Source: a candidate division WOR-1 bacterium RIFOXYB2_FULL_42_35 (lineage in GTDB: Bacteria > Margulisbacteria > WOR-1 > O2-12-FULL-45-9). Taken from it: DNA of 64,000 nucleotides. Under the pieces are notes generated by a model that had not been told where the DNA came from, did not search any database, and saw only the letters and a program-made list of their open reading frames with translations. The translations under genes and the position numbers were made by a program. Of the stretch, positions 9,369 through 18,683 are shown one piece after another; the first letter of the stretch is position 1; every line of letters starts with the position of its first letter. The stretch lies in assembly GCA_001771545.1 (NCBI GenBank), contig MEUC01000011.1:10071-74070 (forward strand). The letters are read 5' to 3'.

Positions 9369-10963
9369 TTATACGTGATGGTTTCTAAACCCGCTTCGTG
9401 CGGTTGACCCCCAAGATTTTTCTCCGCGCATAAAATCAAACAAACCGTGCAGCCGCCAGACAACGTTCATTTGTCTGTAGCAGACATTTTCCAGGATCGC
9501 AAACAAGATTAGAGTAAGGATGTGGTACCAGTGTTTGTACCATTTAAAATTAATATCTTCATAAAGCACAGCTAACATTGAGAGAAAAGTCCCCCACAGG
9601 ATAGAAACTGCCAGAAAAAGAAAAAACCAGGGCCAGTGCACTGCACCTGTAATAAAACTGTATAGTATATATCACTACTGTCCCAACGTTTGAATTTTTG
9701 ACGTAAATCCTCCAACCCTCTCGACGAGATATAAACTCCAGAACTCAAAAACTGATTTCAAATCGACTACATTCATGATTGCCAGATATCCCTTACCCAT
9801 CAAGCATTACAACGTTTCGACCCCTTCAACGATGGGACGCTAGTGAGTATATATATGTAGCCAATACCCTCAACAATCGGCCCCATAAATTCAAATAAAA
9901 AGAAAAACGGCAAGCTAAACAAGCCTATACTGCCGTACCTGGGATTAAACAACATCTTTTCATGTTTTTGCAAAACGCCAGTCAGCCCCCGATGCCAGCG
10001 GTTTCTTTGTTTGGCCAACGCTTTTATTGTGGACGGAACTTCAGTCCAACAAATAGGATAGGCTCTGAATTTAACTTCATAATCCCTTTTCTTTTCCCTC
10101 ATCGTCCTGTGAACCCTGGTAATAAACTCAAAATCCTCTCCAATCGCGTTGGGGTCATAGCCGCCCATTTCCCTAGCCATGGTAGTGTTGTAAAGGCTAA
10201 AAGCACCAGATGCTATGGGCAATGATTTCAGCAAAGAAAAACCTGTCCTGCCAGCAGTAAAAGCCCTGATATATTCGAGGATCTGAAATATTACCAAGGG
10301 ATTTCTGCTCATCCTAATCTCTTTTACCTGGCCATCCTCCAAATCGCAGTCATTCATCACGCGGATAATACCGCCCACACCTACTACTTTGTTAGGGTTC
10401 TCGTATATCGGCTTCATTATTCTTAACAAGGCATCCCCCTGAAGTATCGCATCTCCGTCCAGGCTGGCAAAATACGGATAATGGGCCGCATTAATCCCGG
10501 CATTGAGGGCGTCAGCTTTTCCTCCGTTTTGCTTGTCAATAACAATTAGGTTGGAGTCTCTTTCCGTAACATAATAGCCTTTAACTGGTTTGCATCTTGC
10601 ATGGGTGCGCAACCTCTTGAATGTTTTTATTAGTCCAAATTCTTTAGCCAGGATTTCCAGCGTGTCATCTGTGGAGCCGTCGTTTACAACGATGATTTCA
10701 AATCTGGGATATTGAAGATTAAGATAACTCCTGACAGAATCTTTGATCAAGACCCTTTCATTGTATGCGCTAACTATTAGTGAAACCCCGGGAGCAAGCT
10801 TGGAATTATTCAAATGCTCATAATCATCGATAAAGGCTCTTCTGTTTTGTATTCTAACCTCAAAAAAAGAGACCAGAAAAACCATCGTATACATTGAGTT
10901 GATCACTAAAAAATACAGTATTACAAAAGCTTCAAATATTATCCTACTATTATTCCAAATCAT
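9369..10963 (-). pseudogene. processive GT2 glycosyltransferase (PgaC/IcaA-like) interrupted by a MITE
   Basis: NDGSTD, GGKADALN, DGD, GED and QRNRW motifs; deleting 9673-9854 (182 bp) restores one 470-aa frame (..GYIYILYSFITGAVHW..). Confidence 0.92.
9673..9845. mobile_element. 173-bp non-autonomous MITE, IS4-like ends
   Basis: TIRs CACTACTGTCCCAACG / CACTAGCGTCCCATCG (13/16); perfect 9-bp TSD AGTATATAT at 9664-9672 and 9846-9854; no transposase. Confidence 0.93.
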
Positions 10964-12065
10964 TGATATCCAGCTCCCCACCTGCAAGCTCTTTACATCT
11001 TACCCACGCTTCAGCAAAAGAACAGGTGGGATCAATTTTTAGCGCGCTCTCCACTTTTTCAGCCCCAAAATTTACCAAGGCAAGACTTGCGTTATAGCTT
11101 ACTTCCCAGCTTTTGTCCTTCATGGCTTCCACCAAACCCACGATAATCGAATCAGTGTTTAACATGCCAAGTGCCCCTGCGGCATATGACCTAACCAGGG
11201 GATGCTGATCATTTTGTAATAACTTAAGGATCTTGGCCGAGGAGTTTTTCTCGCCAAGCTTGGCCAGACAAACCGCGGCAAAAGCCCTAGTCTCATAATA
11301 CTGGTCGTTGAGGAGGGTGATTATTTTACTCTTCATCTCCTCATAAAAAGGAAGATGGACGGTTATATCAATCTCAACTAAAGTCCTTAAACACCAAAAC
11401 CTGGTGTTAGAGTCTGGGCTGTTAAGGTATTTACAAAGTAGCGGCAGGGCTTTGTAGTGGAAATCAATCAAAATATCGGCAACAACCATGCATCTTTCAT
11501 AGGAAAAGCTCTTAAAAAGCCCAATTATTTTTTCTAAAGAGTCGGTCGCCTCAAGCTTGCCCAGTGATTTTAAAGCCACAAACCTGACATCTTCATTACT
11601 GTCATGCAAAGAGATCTCGGTAAGTGGTTTCACGGCTTTTTTGCTTAAAGAGCTGCCCAAATTATAAGCTGCAATTTTTCTTTTGCCTGAGTTTAGGCTT
11701 TTGAGCTGTCCTACCCTCCAATCAACCAGCCCCAACTCTTCGTATATTCGAGTCAATAATTGCTTAAGATGTCTATTGCGTGACTTGTCCTGCTTTTCTA
11801 TCAAAATGCTTTCCAGGACATTTTTGTCCATAAAATTTCTGACCCGCATAAACCTACTGTGCAATATTTTGACAGGCTTCTTATGGTATTTGACCATATT
11901 TACCAGCATCCTGGTGTAAACACTTCTGCGCTTTTTATCCCAGTACTGGAACGGAAAAAGCAATATCCTCCTGGCAAAGATAAAGACAATCATGGCAAGA
12001 ATTGAGTAGGAAAAAAACCAGACAAGTAAAACTATCAACCCATGGTCAAGGTATGATTCTACCAT
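10950..12065 (-). CDS. HEAT-repeat protein with N-terminal TM anchor
   Basis: Repeated D....VR..A..ALG motifs; overlaps both neighbours. Confidence 0.9.
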   Translation of the reverse strand: MVESYLDHGLIVLLVWFFSYSILAMIVFIFARRILLFPFQYWDKKRRSVYTRMLVNMVKYHKKPVKILHSRFMRVRNFMDKNVLESILIEKQDKSRNRHLKQLLTRIYEELGLVDWRVGQLKSLNSGKRKIAAYNLGSSLSKKAVKPLTEISLHDSNEDVRFVALKSLGKLEATDSLEKIIGLFKSFSYERCMVVADILIDFHYKALPLLCKYLNSPDSNTRFWCLRTLVEIDITVHLPFYEEMKSKIITLLNDQYYETRAFAAVCLAKLGEKNSSAKILKLLQNDQHPLVRSYAAGALGMLNTDSIIVGLVEAMKDKSWEVSYNASLALVNFGAEKVESALKIDPTCSFAEAWVRCKELAGGELDINDLE

Positions 12066-12865
12066 TGGTAAGCAACCCCATAATTTGTAGACAAGCCGGT
12101 CACCCCATTATCACGGATTTCCCGAGAAATATCTAATTTCAATGACAGGCCCTTTTTAAGCTCTATTTTTATTCCAGCCATTGTCGTAGTTGAGTTAAAG
12201 GCAAAAGTCGTTGCCAAGCTTATATCCTTGTACGCTTCATTACCAGAGGCATAACCAAGGTATATTCTGGCAAAATCATTTGGCTCATAAAAAAGCTTGA
12301 TTGAACTTGAATTTGACATGGTAGAGTCGCTTGCTTTAGAGACATAATACCTGGCACTTATCCAGCCCGGAAAAGGCAGGTAATAATCAAGGCCAGGGGA
12401 ATATGTATCTAAAAAGCTTTGTAAAAAATTCCTTCTTTTGTAATTGGCTACAAAAACCCAAGGCTTTGCTACGCTGTAGCCCACTTCGGCCTCAAAAGCG
12501 CTTGAGACCAACAGAGAAGGGCTGGTATTATAGGTTCCATTTACATATAAGTAGAGTGCTTGGCTGAAATTATGATAAACCCCCAAAGAAACAAGGACGT
12601 CCTTGTTTTTGTTGTTGTTATAATCACTAAAGAGTAAGCCTAAGACAAAAGTATTATCTGGCAGTTCACTGACCAGGATGTACTTATAACTCAGGTTGAG
12701 CTGGCCGTTGGATAAGGTCTCTTTGGTATAGTCAAATTCAAGCCTCTGAGCAAAAGAGGCTTGACTAAAGAAACAAATTAAAACGAACAGCCAAAATAAA
12801 GTTTTGTTAGCACAATTATTTTTTAACAATTTTAACACGAATCCTCTTCTCCCTGTTTTTTTCAT
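12059..12865 (-). CDS. YaiO-like outer-membrane beta-barrel
   Basis: Signal peptide, GYASGNE motif, terminal YQW; context with HEAT and GT2 genes. Confidence 0.8.
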   Translation of the reverse strand: MKKTGRRGFVLKLLKNNCANKTLFWLFVLICFFSQASFAQRLEFDYTKETLSNGQLNLSYKYILVSELPDNTFVLGLLFSDYNNNKNKDVLVSLGVYHNFSQALYLYVNGTYNTSPSLLVSSAFEAEVGYSVAKPWVFVANYKRRNFLQSFLDTYSPGLDYYLPFPGWISARYYVSKASDSTMSNSSSIKLFYEPNDFARIYLGYASGNEAYKDISLATTFAFNSTTTMAGIKIELKKGLSLKLDISREIRDNGVTGLSTNYGVAYQW

Positions 12866-12978
12866 ATCTTCTCAATTTAAACATTTGAGGGGCTGGTTAG
12901 TAGTTAGTATACGAAGTTGGATAAAATTACGCAGTAACACCAATCAACAACCAACGATTAGACAAATTAACAAGTAGG

Positions 12979-12994
12979 TGTAAGAAGGCTAACA
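12979..12994. promoter_or_regulatory. CRP/FNR-like box upstream of the YaiO-HEAT-GT2 operon
   Basis: TGTAA-GAAGGC-TAACA. Confidence 0.65.
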
Positions 12995-13024
12995 AATTTT
13001 CTGGGGTTTATCCTGCTGTTATGC

Positions 13025-13675
13025 TTAATTGCTGATCAATTCAAGCTCTAATTTCTCGATACTTTCCAATACAATTGCATGATCAGAATATTTAATTAAT
13101 CCTTTGTCTTCCAATTTTCCCATTTCAATGCTGGCGGTTTCTCTGGCCACTCCCACTAGTGTGGCAATATCATGCTGAGTAAAACGGTGCTTAACAATGA
13201 CCCCTTTGCCTTTGCCTGCCCCAAAATGCTTGGCAATATACAACAAAACCGAAATTACCCGGCGATAGGCATCACTGAAAACCAAATGTTCCATGCGGGT
13301 CAGTGTTTCCGCATAATCATCTAACAATTCACTCATCATACCAAAGATAACGACAGGTTTATCTTTGATAAAATTTACAACTTGATCCCTGGGTGCGCGT
13401 GCTACCTGAACCTCGGTTAAGGCTTCAAAATAGTAATCATTAGGCGTTCCATTAATTGCCCAGACCAGGGGAAAATAGGAGGTGGGCTTAAGGATATGAA
13501 GCGTTAGTTCAAAACCTGCTTTAGAAATAGTGTACTGTCTAACATACCCTTTGGTTAAGCAAAAAATACCTTGCGGATCGTCGTCTGCTCGAATAAGGAT
13601 CTCACCTTTTTTATAACGGCGAAGAGGGAATTGCTTATAAAAGGCTTCAAGGTCTTTAAGCTTTGGCTTATCCAT
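13025..13675 (-). CDS. Crp/Fnr family transcriptional regulator, copy 2
   Basis: Close paralog of 8587-9234; 83 bp identical (13491-13573 = 9047-9129). Confidence 0.95.
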   Translation of the reverse strand: MDKPKLKDLEAFYKQFPLRRYKKGEILIRADDDPQGIFCLTKGYVRQYTISKAGFELTLHILKPTSYFPLVWAINGTPNDYYFEALTEVQVARAPRDQVVNFIKDKPVVIFGMMSELLDDYAETLTRMEHLVFSDAYRRVISVLLYIAKHFGAGKGKGVIVKHRFTQHDIATLVGVARETASIEMGKLEDKGLIKYSDHAIVLESIEKLELELISN

Positions 13676-13697
13676 ATATATATATATATATATATAT
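13674..13697. repeat. (AT)12 dinucleotide tract
   Basis: Lies between the -10 TATACT (13703-13708, minus strand) and the ATG of crp copy 2. Confidence 0.9.
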
Positions 13698-13777
13698 TAA
13701 GTAGTATACGGATAGTTGTCAAGGCTAAAAAGATAATGTAGCACCAGCAAGCTTATTTATGCCAACAAGAAGATAGC

Positions 13778-14536
13778 CTATCTCCTATCCCAAATCAACT
13801 TTGTGCCAAAAACATGGGCGAACTCCCAATTAGGAGTAAGAAAGATGGTTCGGTCTGACTCAAAGATATAGTATAAATCAAGCGTAAAATCCTTATAAGG
13901 GTGAACCCAGCCGAGCGTCGTCCAATTACGATAAACTTCCCCAAACTTGAAGCTGTAAAAAATATCATCGCGCAGATAATAAGTCTCAACACCACGTTGC
14001 CAACGCAGCTCCGGTCTAAGCTGAAAAACCAGATTAAGCTTGCCCAGATCGTTGAGGTCAAAATCATGAACTTCAAATTCAGCATAAGACAAGACATCAA
14101 GAAACCTCAAAGTTGCATCATTGGCCTGCTTGACGAAATCATTTTGACCGACCCGTGCTTCGGCCTTTTCCACGATTTGACTAAAATCAATAATAATCTT
14201 TGGGTCAACGACAAACTCGAAAAAATTGTCCGGATCCCAATTGCCGGATAAATTCTTTTCGTTATTAAAACCAACATAAAAACCAAGATCAAGCCACTTA
14301 CTAGGATGAAAAAGCCAGCCAGTTCTAACATGGTAGTAATATAATTCCTTGGCTCCATGCTCAAAGCGAAATTCCGGGGTAAAAGTATAGTCTGAACCCA
14401 GAATAGAAGCTTGCTTGTAGGTAAAAGCAGAAAAATATTTGGTGTCAACGGCTTGGGCTGAGGTAGCAAGCATTAAAACAAAAATAATCCCTAAAATTCT
14501 CGGCCAATTTAGCATGATTAAGTTCAATATATGCAT
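13778..14536 (-). CDS. DUF2490-like outer-membrane beta-barrel protein
   Basis: Signal peptide, amphipathic strands, RNWTTLG and HVFGTKL motifs; true start may be slightly downstream. Confidence 0.65.
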   Translation of the reverse strand: MHILNLIMLNWPRILGIIFVLMLATSAQAVDTKYFSAFTYKQASILGSDYTFTPEFRFEHGAKELYYYHVRTGWLFHPSKWLDLGFYVGFNNEKNLSGNWDPDNFFEFVVDPKIIIDFSQIVEKAEARVGQNDFVKQANDATLRFLDVLSYAEFEVHDFDLNDLGKLNLVFQLRPELRWQRGVETYYLRDDIFYSFKFGEVYRNWTTLGWVHPYKDFTLDLYYIFESDRTIFLTPNWEFAHVFGTKLIWDRR

Positions 14537-14670
14537 AATCCTCTGCGAAAATAACTGCCCCCTCTAAACTAAAAACCCTTGCAGGTAAATTAGCATCAAA
14601 AACCATCCCTAAACGCTGCCGATAAGCCTACTTATGCAAAGACGGCAAAAAAGCAGCCTATAGATAATTT

Positions 14671-15285
14671 TTATAAGACACCTGTGTTAATATGTTGAAC
14701 CAGCTCAATTACACCAGAACTGATCAACTGCACAGCAATAGCGGCCAAAATAATTATCATAACCCTGGAAATAGCCTTAAAAAAGCGACCACCAATATGA
14801 GAATAGAAAATTTCACCAAAATGTAAAATCAACCAAACAAGAACAAAATTAACAATAATTGCCAGGGTCGTTACCCTTAAGCCAACCAGTCCAATCGACA
14901 CCATAGCGGTAGTAATAGCGCCTGGCCCAACCAATAAAGGACAACCTAGCGGCATAATCCCAACATCCTCTGTCCCCTCAGGCAAACGATGCCCTCGAAT
15001 CAAAATTGTAATGGCAATGGTTAAGAGCAGAATCCCGCCGGAGATTTTAAAATCCCTTAAAGTAATATGGAAAATATTTAAGATTACCGAACCAAAAAAA
15101 GTAAAAATGACAATTAAAATCAGTCCGAACAGGATTGCCTTATTAAACTGTGCTAGGCGTTCTTTTTCTGTAAGGCCTTCGGTTAAGCCCATAAAAATCG
15201 GCAGATTCCCCAAAGGATCGGTAATAATAAAGAGCGCGATCACTGTTTGAAGCAAGAGCGAGAAATTAATATTCATTGCCAACAT
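14671..15285 (-). CDS. MarC family membrane protein
   Basis: DPLGNLPIF and PLGCPLLVGPGAI motifs; start at 15285 has SD GAGGTGG. Confidence 0.92.
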   Translation of the reverse strand: MLAMNINFSLLLQTVIALFIITDPLGNLPIFMGLTEGLTEKERLAQFNKAILFGLILIVIFTFFGSVILNIFHITLRDFKISGGILLLTIAITILIRGHRLPEGTEDVGIMPLGCPLLVGPGAITTAMVSIGLVGLRVTTLAIIVNFVLVWLILHFGEIFYSHIGGRFFKAISRVMIIILAAIAVQLISSGVIELVQHINTGVL

Positions 15286-15372
15286 ACTTAAAACCACCTC
15301 GGGGATATTATAACACACCCGATAAATTGTCATTATTTCAGCCGCAATCGTCGATGTAACAAAAAAGTTAAA

Positions 15373-16443
15373 CTAAAAGGCTTGGTTATAAAAGAAATAA
15401 GCATTAGTCCCTTCAGTGCCATGACCAAAGTCACCACGCACAATAACATTGCCGCCTAGATTGAGATGAAGGCCCAAGCCGGCATCAGTCGCCCAATTAT
15501 CAAAGCCTAGGCTGGAAAGATTTGGCCCAACTTTACCTGCTTCAAAGAAAAAGACCGTACTTAAACCTTTAAGAAAAGGGACTGGGGTTGGCAGACGATA
15601 TTCTAAATTAACCAAGCCTAAGCCTTTGTCCCGCCAGCGATTAACCGTATAGCCACGCATCGTATCCTTGCCGCCCAGGAACGGATATTCATAGATGGGG
15701 ATTTTATCTCCCCCAGCCTGCTCCAGCATGAACCGTGTGGCCAAAACCTGGTCTGCCGCAATTGGAGTGTGATAACTTCTGAAATCAAAGCCAGCCTTAA
15801 CATACTGCGCATTAGTTAAACCAAAGTCGATATTAGTTGAACAATAGATCCCCTGATGGGGATCAAGGACCTGGTCTCTTTTGTCCAGGGTCAACTTAAA
15901 ACTAACTCCCAAATAGTTGCTGGCTAAATTAGTAATTTGAGGAGTCAAAGCATTCGCCCCTTGAGAGATATTAGTATAATTATTATTGGCGACAAAAAAG
16001 TCAGCCGCTAATTGTGTTACCGGGCTGATGGCACGTGAGAACTGAAAATCCAACTTGTTATGGACATTATCCATGGTCGTGTATCCAGTTGCTGGAGTTG
16101 AGTTGCCTAAACCATAGTAACGTTCCTGAACAGTTTTTCCGATTGCTCCGGTTAAATCAAAAGTCAAACCGAGCATTTTGTCGTGACGATCAGCAGAATC
16201 TGGCAGAGAAAAAACAAAGTAAGCGCCATTGCCGCCATTACTGATCAAATAAGCAGATAAAGTTAATGATTCGTCTTGATTGAAGAAGTTTTTACCCTTA
16301 CCTATCACCCCATAATAAGCGCCATAGGTCGAGTTATAAATTAGGTAAGGGATCCCATTAACAACCCCTGTTGGCCCAACTTTAAAAGCCAACGCCGGAC
16401 CAACGAAAACTAGTATCATCAATAAAATTAAAAATCTTTTCAC
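15373..16443 (-). CDS. BamA/TamA (Omp85)-family barrel-only protein
   Basis: LGGKDTMRGY lid-loop motif, terminal QAF, signal peptide, no POTRA domains. Confidence 0.85.
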   Translation of the reverse strand: MKRFLILLMILVFVGPALAFKVGPTGVVNGIPYLIYNSTYGAYYGVIGKGKNFFNQDESLTLSAYLISNGGNGAYFVFSLPDSADRHDKMLGLTFDLTGAIGKTVQERYYGLGNSTPATGYTTMDNVHNKLDFQFSRAISPVTQLAADFFVANNNYTNISQGANALTPQITNLASNYLGVSFKLTLDKRDQVLDPHQGIYCSTNIDFGLTNAQYVKAGFDFRSYHTPIAADQVLATRFMLEQAGGDKIPIYEYPFLGGKDTMRGYTVNRWRDKGLGLVNLEYRLPTPVPFLKGLSTVFFFEAGKVGPNLSSLGFDNWATDAGLGLHLNLGGNVIVRGDFGHGTEGTNAYFFYNQAF

Positions 16444-16455
16444 CCTTGTCTCCTT

Positions 16456-17130
16456 TTAGTTTTGCAAAAAAACTGCTCGACCATCATGATCACCGGTAGT
16501 TAGCTTTGATTCTGCCGGCAAGTTATTGGCCAGATCAATAAAGCCAGTAAGTTTGAAGTCGGTTTTTTGATCAAGCTTTTGAGCAAAATCATCCCTAGCC
16601 TGGACAAAAGAACCAAACTGGTGAATTTCTCTGATTTTGAACCAGTTGACCAATTCACGACTAAAAGCCGCAATAAAATAATATTTGTGATCAGAAAAAT
16701 AAGGGCCAAAAACACGTCCATGACTGTTATTAACGGCAAAGATTGCATTGGAAAAAGCTTGTCTTTTCCCTGGAGGCAACTGTTCTGCCAACTGACCATT
16801 AAAATAACCTTTGTAACCGGTAGAATGGCCCCATCTGGCTGGGTAGCCAGCCATTGTACAAGCAACAACTAAATTTTGTTTGGCTGCTGCAATTGATTTA
16901 GCTTGCTGGTCAACAATAATAACATTGATCGGCTCACGCATCTCTTTACCCTGATATTTCTGACCAAGCCAGTTGGCTGATTTTAGATCAGGGGTAATCA
17001 TCCACTTACCAATAACCGGCAGACCAGCTGAATGAGAAATATCAGCAGCTACTGGTTGATAAGCTACAGCAGGAGCAATAAGAAGAACAACCAGGAAGAA
17101 ATAGAAAAAAGACTTTTTAAATATTTTCAT
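16456..17130 (-). CDS. secreted hypothetical protein (possibly LssY C-terminal-like)
   Basis: Signal peptide; REPINVII, SHGRVF and DGRA motifs. Confidence 0.6.
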   Translation of the reverse strand: MKIFKKSFFYFFLVVLLIAPAVAYQPVAADISHSAGLPVIGKWMITPDLKSANWLGQKYQGKEMREPINVIIVDQQAKSIAAAKQNLVVACTMAGYPARWGHSTGYKGYFNGQLAEQLPPGKRQAFSNAIFAVNNSHGRVFGPYFSDHKYYFIAAFSRELVNWFKIREIHQFGSFVQARDDFAQKLDQKTDFKLTGFIDLANNLPAESKLTTGDHDGRAVFLQN

Positions 17131-17235
17131 AATATGCAAGTTGCATTATAACAAATCGAAGAAGGTTAGCAAGTAATGAAATTTTGTTGAAATTATTATA
17201 AATCTTTGAAGATAATAAACTAGAGAGGAAAACCA

Positions 17236-18597
17236 ATGAGCGTGGATCTCAACAAACAAAGTTTAGCTATAAGACAAAGAATGAAAAGTTGTCCACTTCC
17301 TGGCGGCTATGCTTTACCAGTAATGGATAGATCAGAAAAAGCACAAAGACTCGCCACTAGACTAATGCTCCAAGCCTTATTGGCTGCTCATAGAACTGCA
17401 CATACATACCCAAAAATTGCTGAGAATTGGCAAAGATTACTTTTGTTAAGCCAAGAGTTGAGAAAAACCACTACCAATAATCATCAACCAGTAGATAAAG
17501 ACTTAACTCCAACAGCTCTCTGGAGGAAAGAATCATTTAGTCTGCGAGGAACAACTGGCCAAGAATACCAGGTGGCACAACTTAATCCAACAACAACTCC
17601 CAACAACAAATTAGTAGTCTTACTAGGCGGTCTGGGGATGTCCACAGAGGCCTATTTTCGTATTGGCGAAAAATGTTCTGCAGTAGGTGAACCAATTTTA
17701 GATCGTCTAACTAAACGTGGTTTTACGGTTATTATTTTAGACTTGCCTGGCATTGGTAAAAACGATCGTTATCAAGCAGCAAACAGAGAGATGGCCGCTA
17801 TGCTGGCAGAAGTAATGCCAAGTTTTGTTGAGTTTTTAACTAGCCAGCAAAGACGTTTTTCTGCAGGATTATATTTTCTAACCCACAGCTTAGGTGGTTT
17901 AGTTTTAAATCTATATTTAGATCAACATCAAGAAGAGGTTAAGGCCAACAAAACCTTAGCTAAGCTTTTTAAAAACATTATGACTTTAGGTGGACCAGAA
18001 GTTCCTGTAATTGATGTCCATCCTATTTATCCTTTAGCCATGGGACTAGTGGCTGGGTTTGGCCCCTTGCTACCAGCAATCCCTTATCAGGCTTTAGGCA
18101 AAGCGGCTGGCAGGTATATCCCTTACCCGGCTTTAATTGGCGGTAATTTAAGTTTAGTTTCTTATTATCGGGATTTTCCGCCACAGCTTTTACAGGAGAT
18201 GTTTAATTATGCCACTAAAAACTTTTCTTTAGGCCTAGCACAAATGCTTTGCCAGGCTTTTTGGTCTGGCAGCTATCCTGGAGAAAATGGCCACGCCCCA
18301 ATGGTTACAACAGGTCAAAGACACGTCCGCTTAATTGGGCACAATGATCCGTTAGCCCCTGTTGAAAGTTTATACTTAAGACTAGCTCATCCTGAAATTG
18401 CTGAACAAACTGCCTTAGTAAGAATTCAAGGAGATCAGACAGGTTTGCGACAAGCACAAGATTTCTTAAAAACAGTTCCACTGCTTGGCGTAGCAGTCGA
18501 TAATCTTCACCACCTCGACTGCTCTTGTCCTAACCCAAACTTTGAAAAAACCGTTTGGCCAATGATTGAAGCGTTTTTGGGCTTGCTAAACAATTAA
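17236..18597 (+). CDS. divergent alpha/beta hydrolase with N-terminal extension
   Basis: GGLG oxyanion loop, DLPGIG, THSLGG nucleophile, NDPL acid and HHLD His. Confidence 0.75.
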   Translation: MSVDLNKQSLAIRQRMKSCPLPGGYALPVMDRSEKAQRLATRLMLQALLAAHRTAHTYPKIAENWQRLLLLSQELRKTTTNNHQPVDKDLTPTALWRKESFSLRGTTGQEYQVAQLNPTTTPNNKLVVLLGGLGMSTEAYFRIGEKCSAVGEPILDRLTKRGFTVIILDLPGIGKNDRYQAANREMAAMLAEVMPSFVEFLTSQQRRFSAGLYFLTHSLGGLVLNLYLDQHQEEVKANKTLAKLFKNIMTLGGPEVPVIDVHPIYPLAMGLVAGFGPLLPAIPYQALGKAAGRYIPYPALIGGNLSLVSYYRDFPPQLLQEMFNYATKNFSLGLAQMLCQAFWSGSYPGENGHAPMVTTGQRHVRLIGHNDPLAPVESLYLRLAHPEIAEQTALVRIQGDQTGLRQAQDFLKTVPLLGVAVDNLHHLDCSCPNPNFEKTVWPMIEAFLGLLNN

Positions 18598-18610
18598 ATC
18601 TCCTCTGCTT

Positions 18611-18635
18611 CCCCCCCCCCCTCCCTTCCCGCCCC
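18611..18635. repeat. C11 homopolymer plus C-runs (G4-capable on the minus strand) in the typA promoter
   Basis: CCCCCCCCCCCTCCCTTCCCGCCCC; TATAAT at 18645-18650. Confidence 0.8.
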
Positions 18636-18683
18636 AAAACCTGCTATAATAGTCTATAAGCCGCGAGTTTAGCGGCTATTATT

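Noticed and set aside
9369-9641. Independent 90-aa membrane protein
   Set aside because: It is the severed C-terminus of the GT2 gene, rejoined in frame once the MITE and one TSD copy are removed.
14560-14665. Possible riboswitch (fluoride or c-di-GMP) between marC and the DUF2490-like gene
   Set aside because: Hairpin potential exists, but the conserved aptamer nucleotides and pairings could not be matched; an Infernal/Rfam scan would decide.
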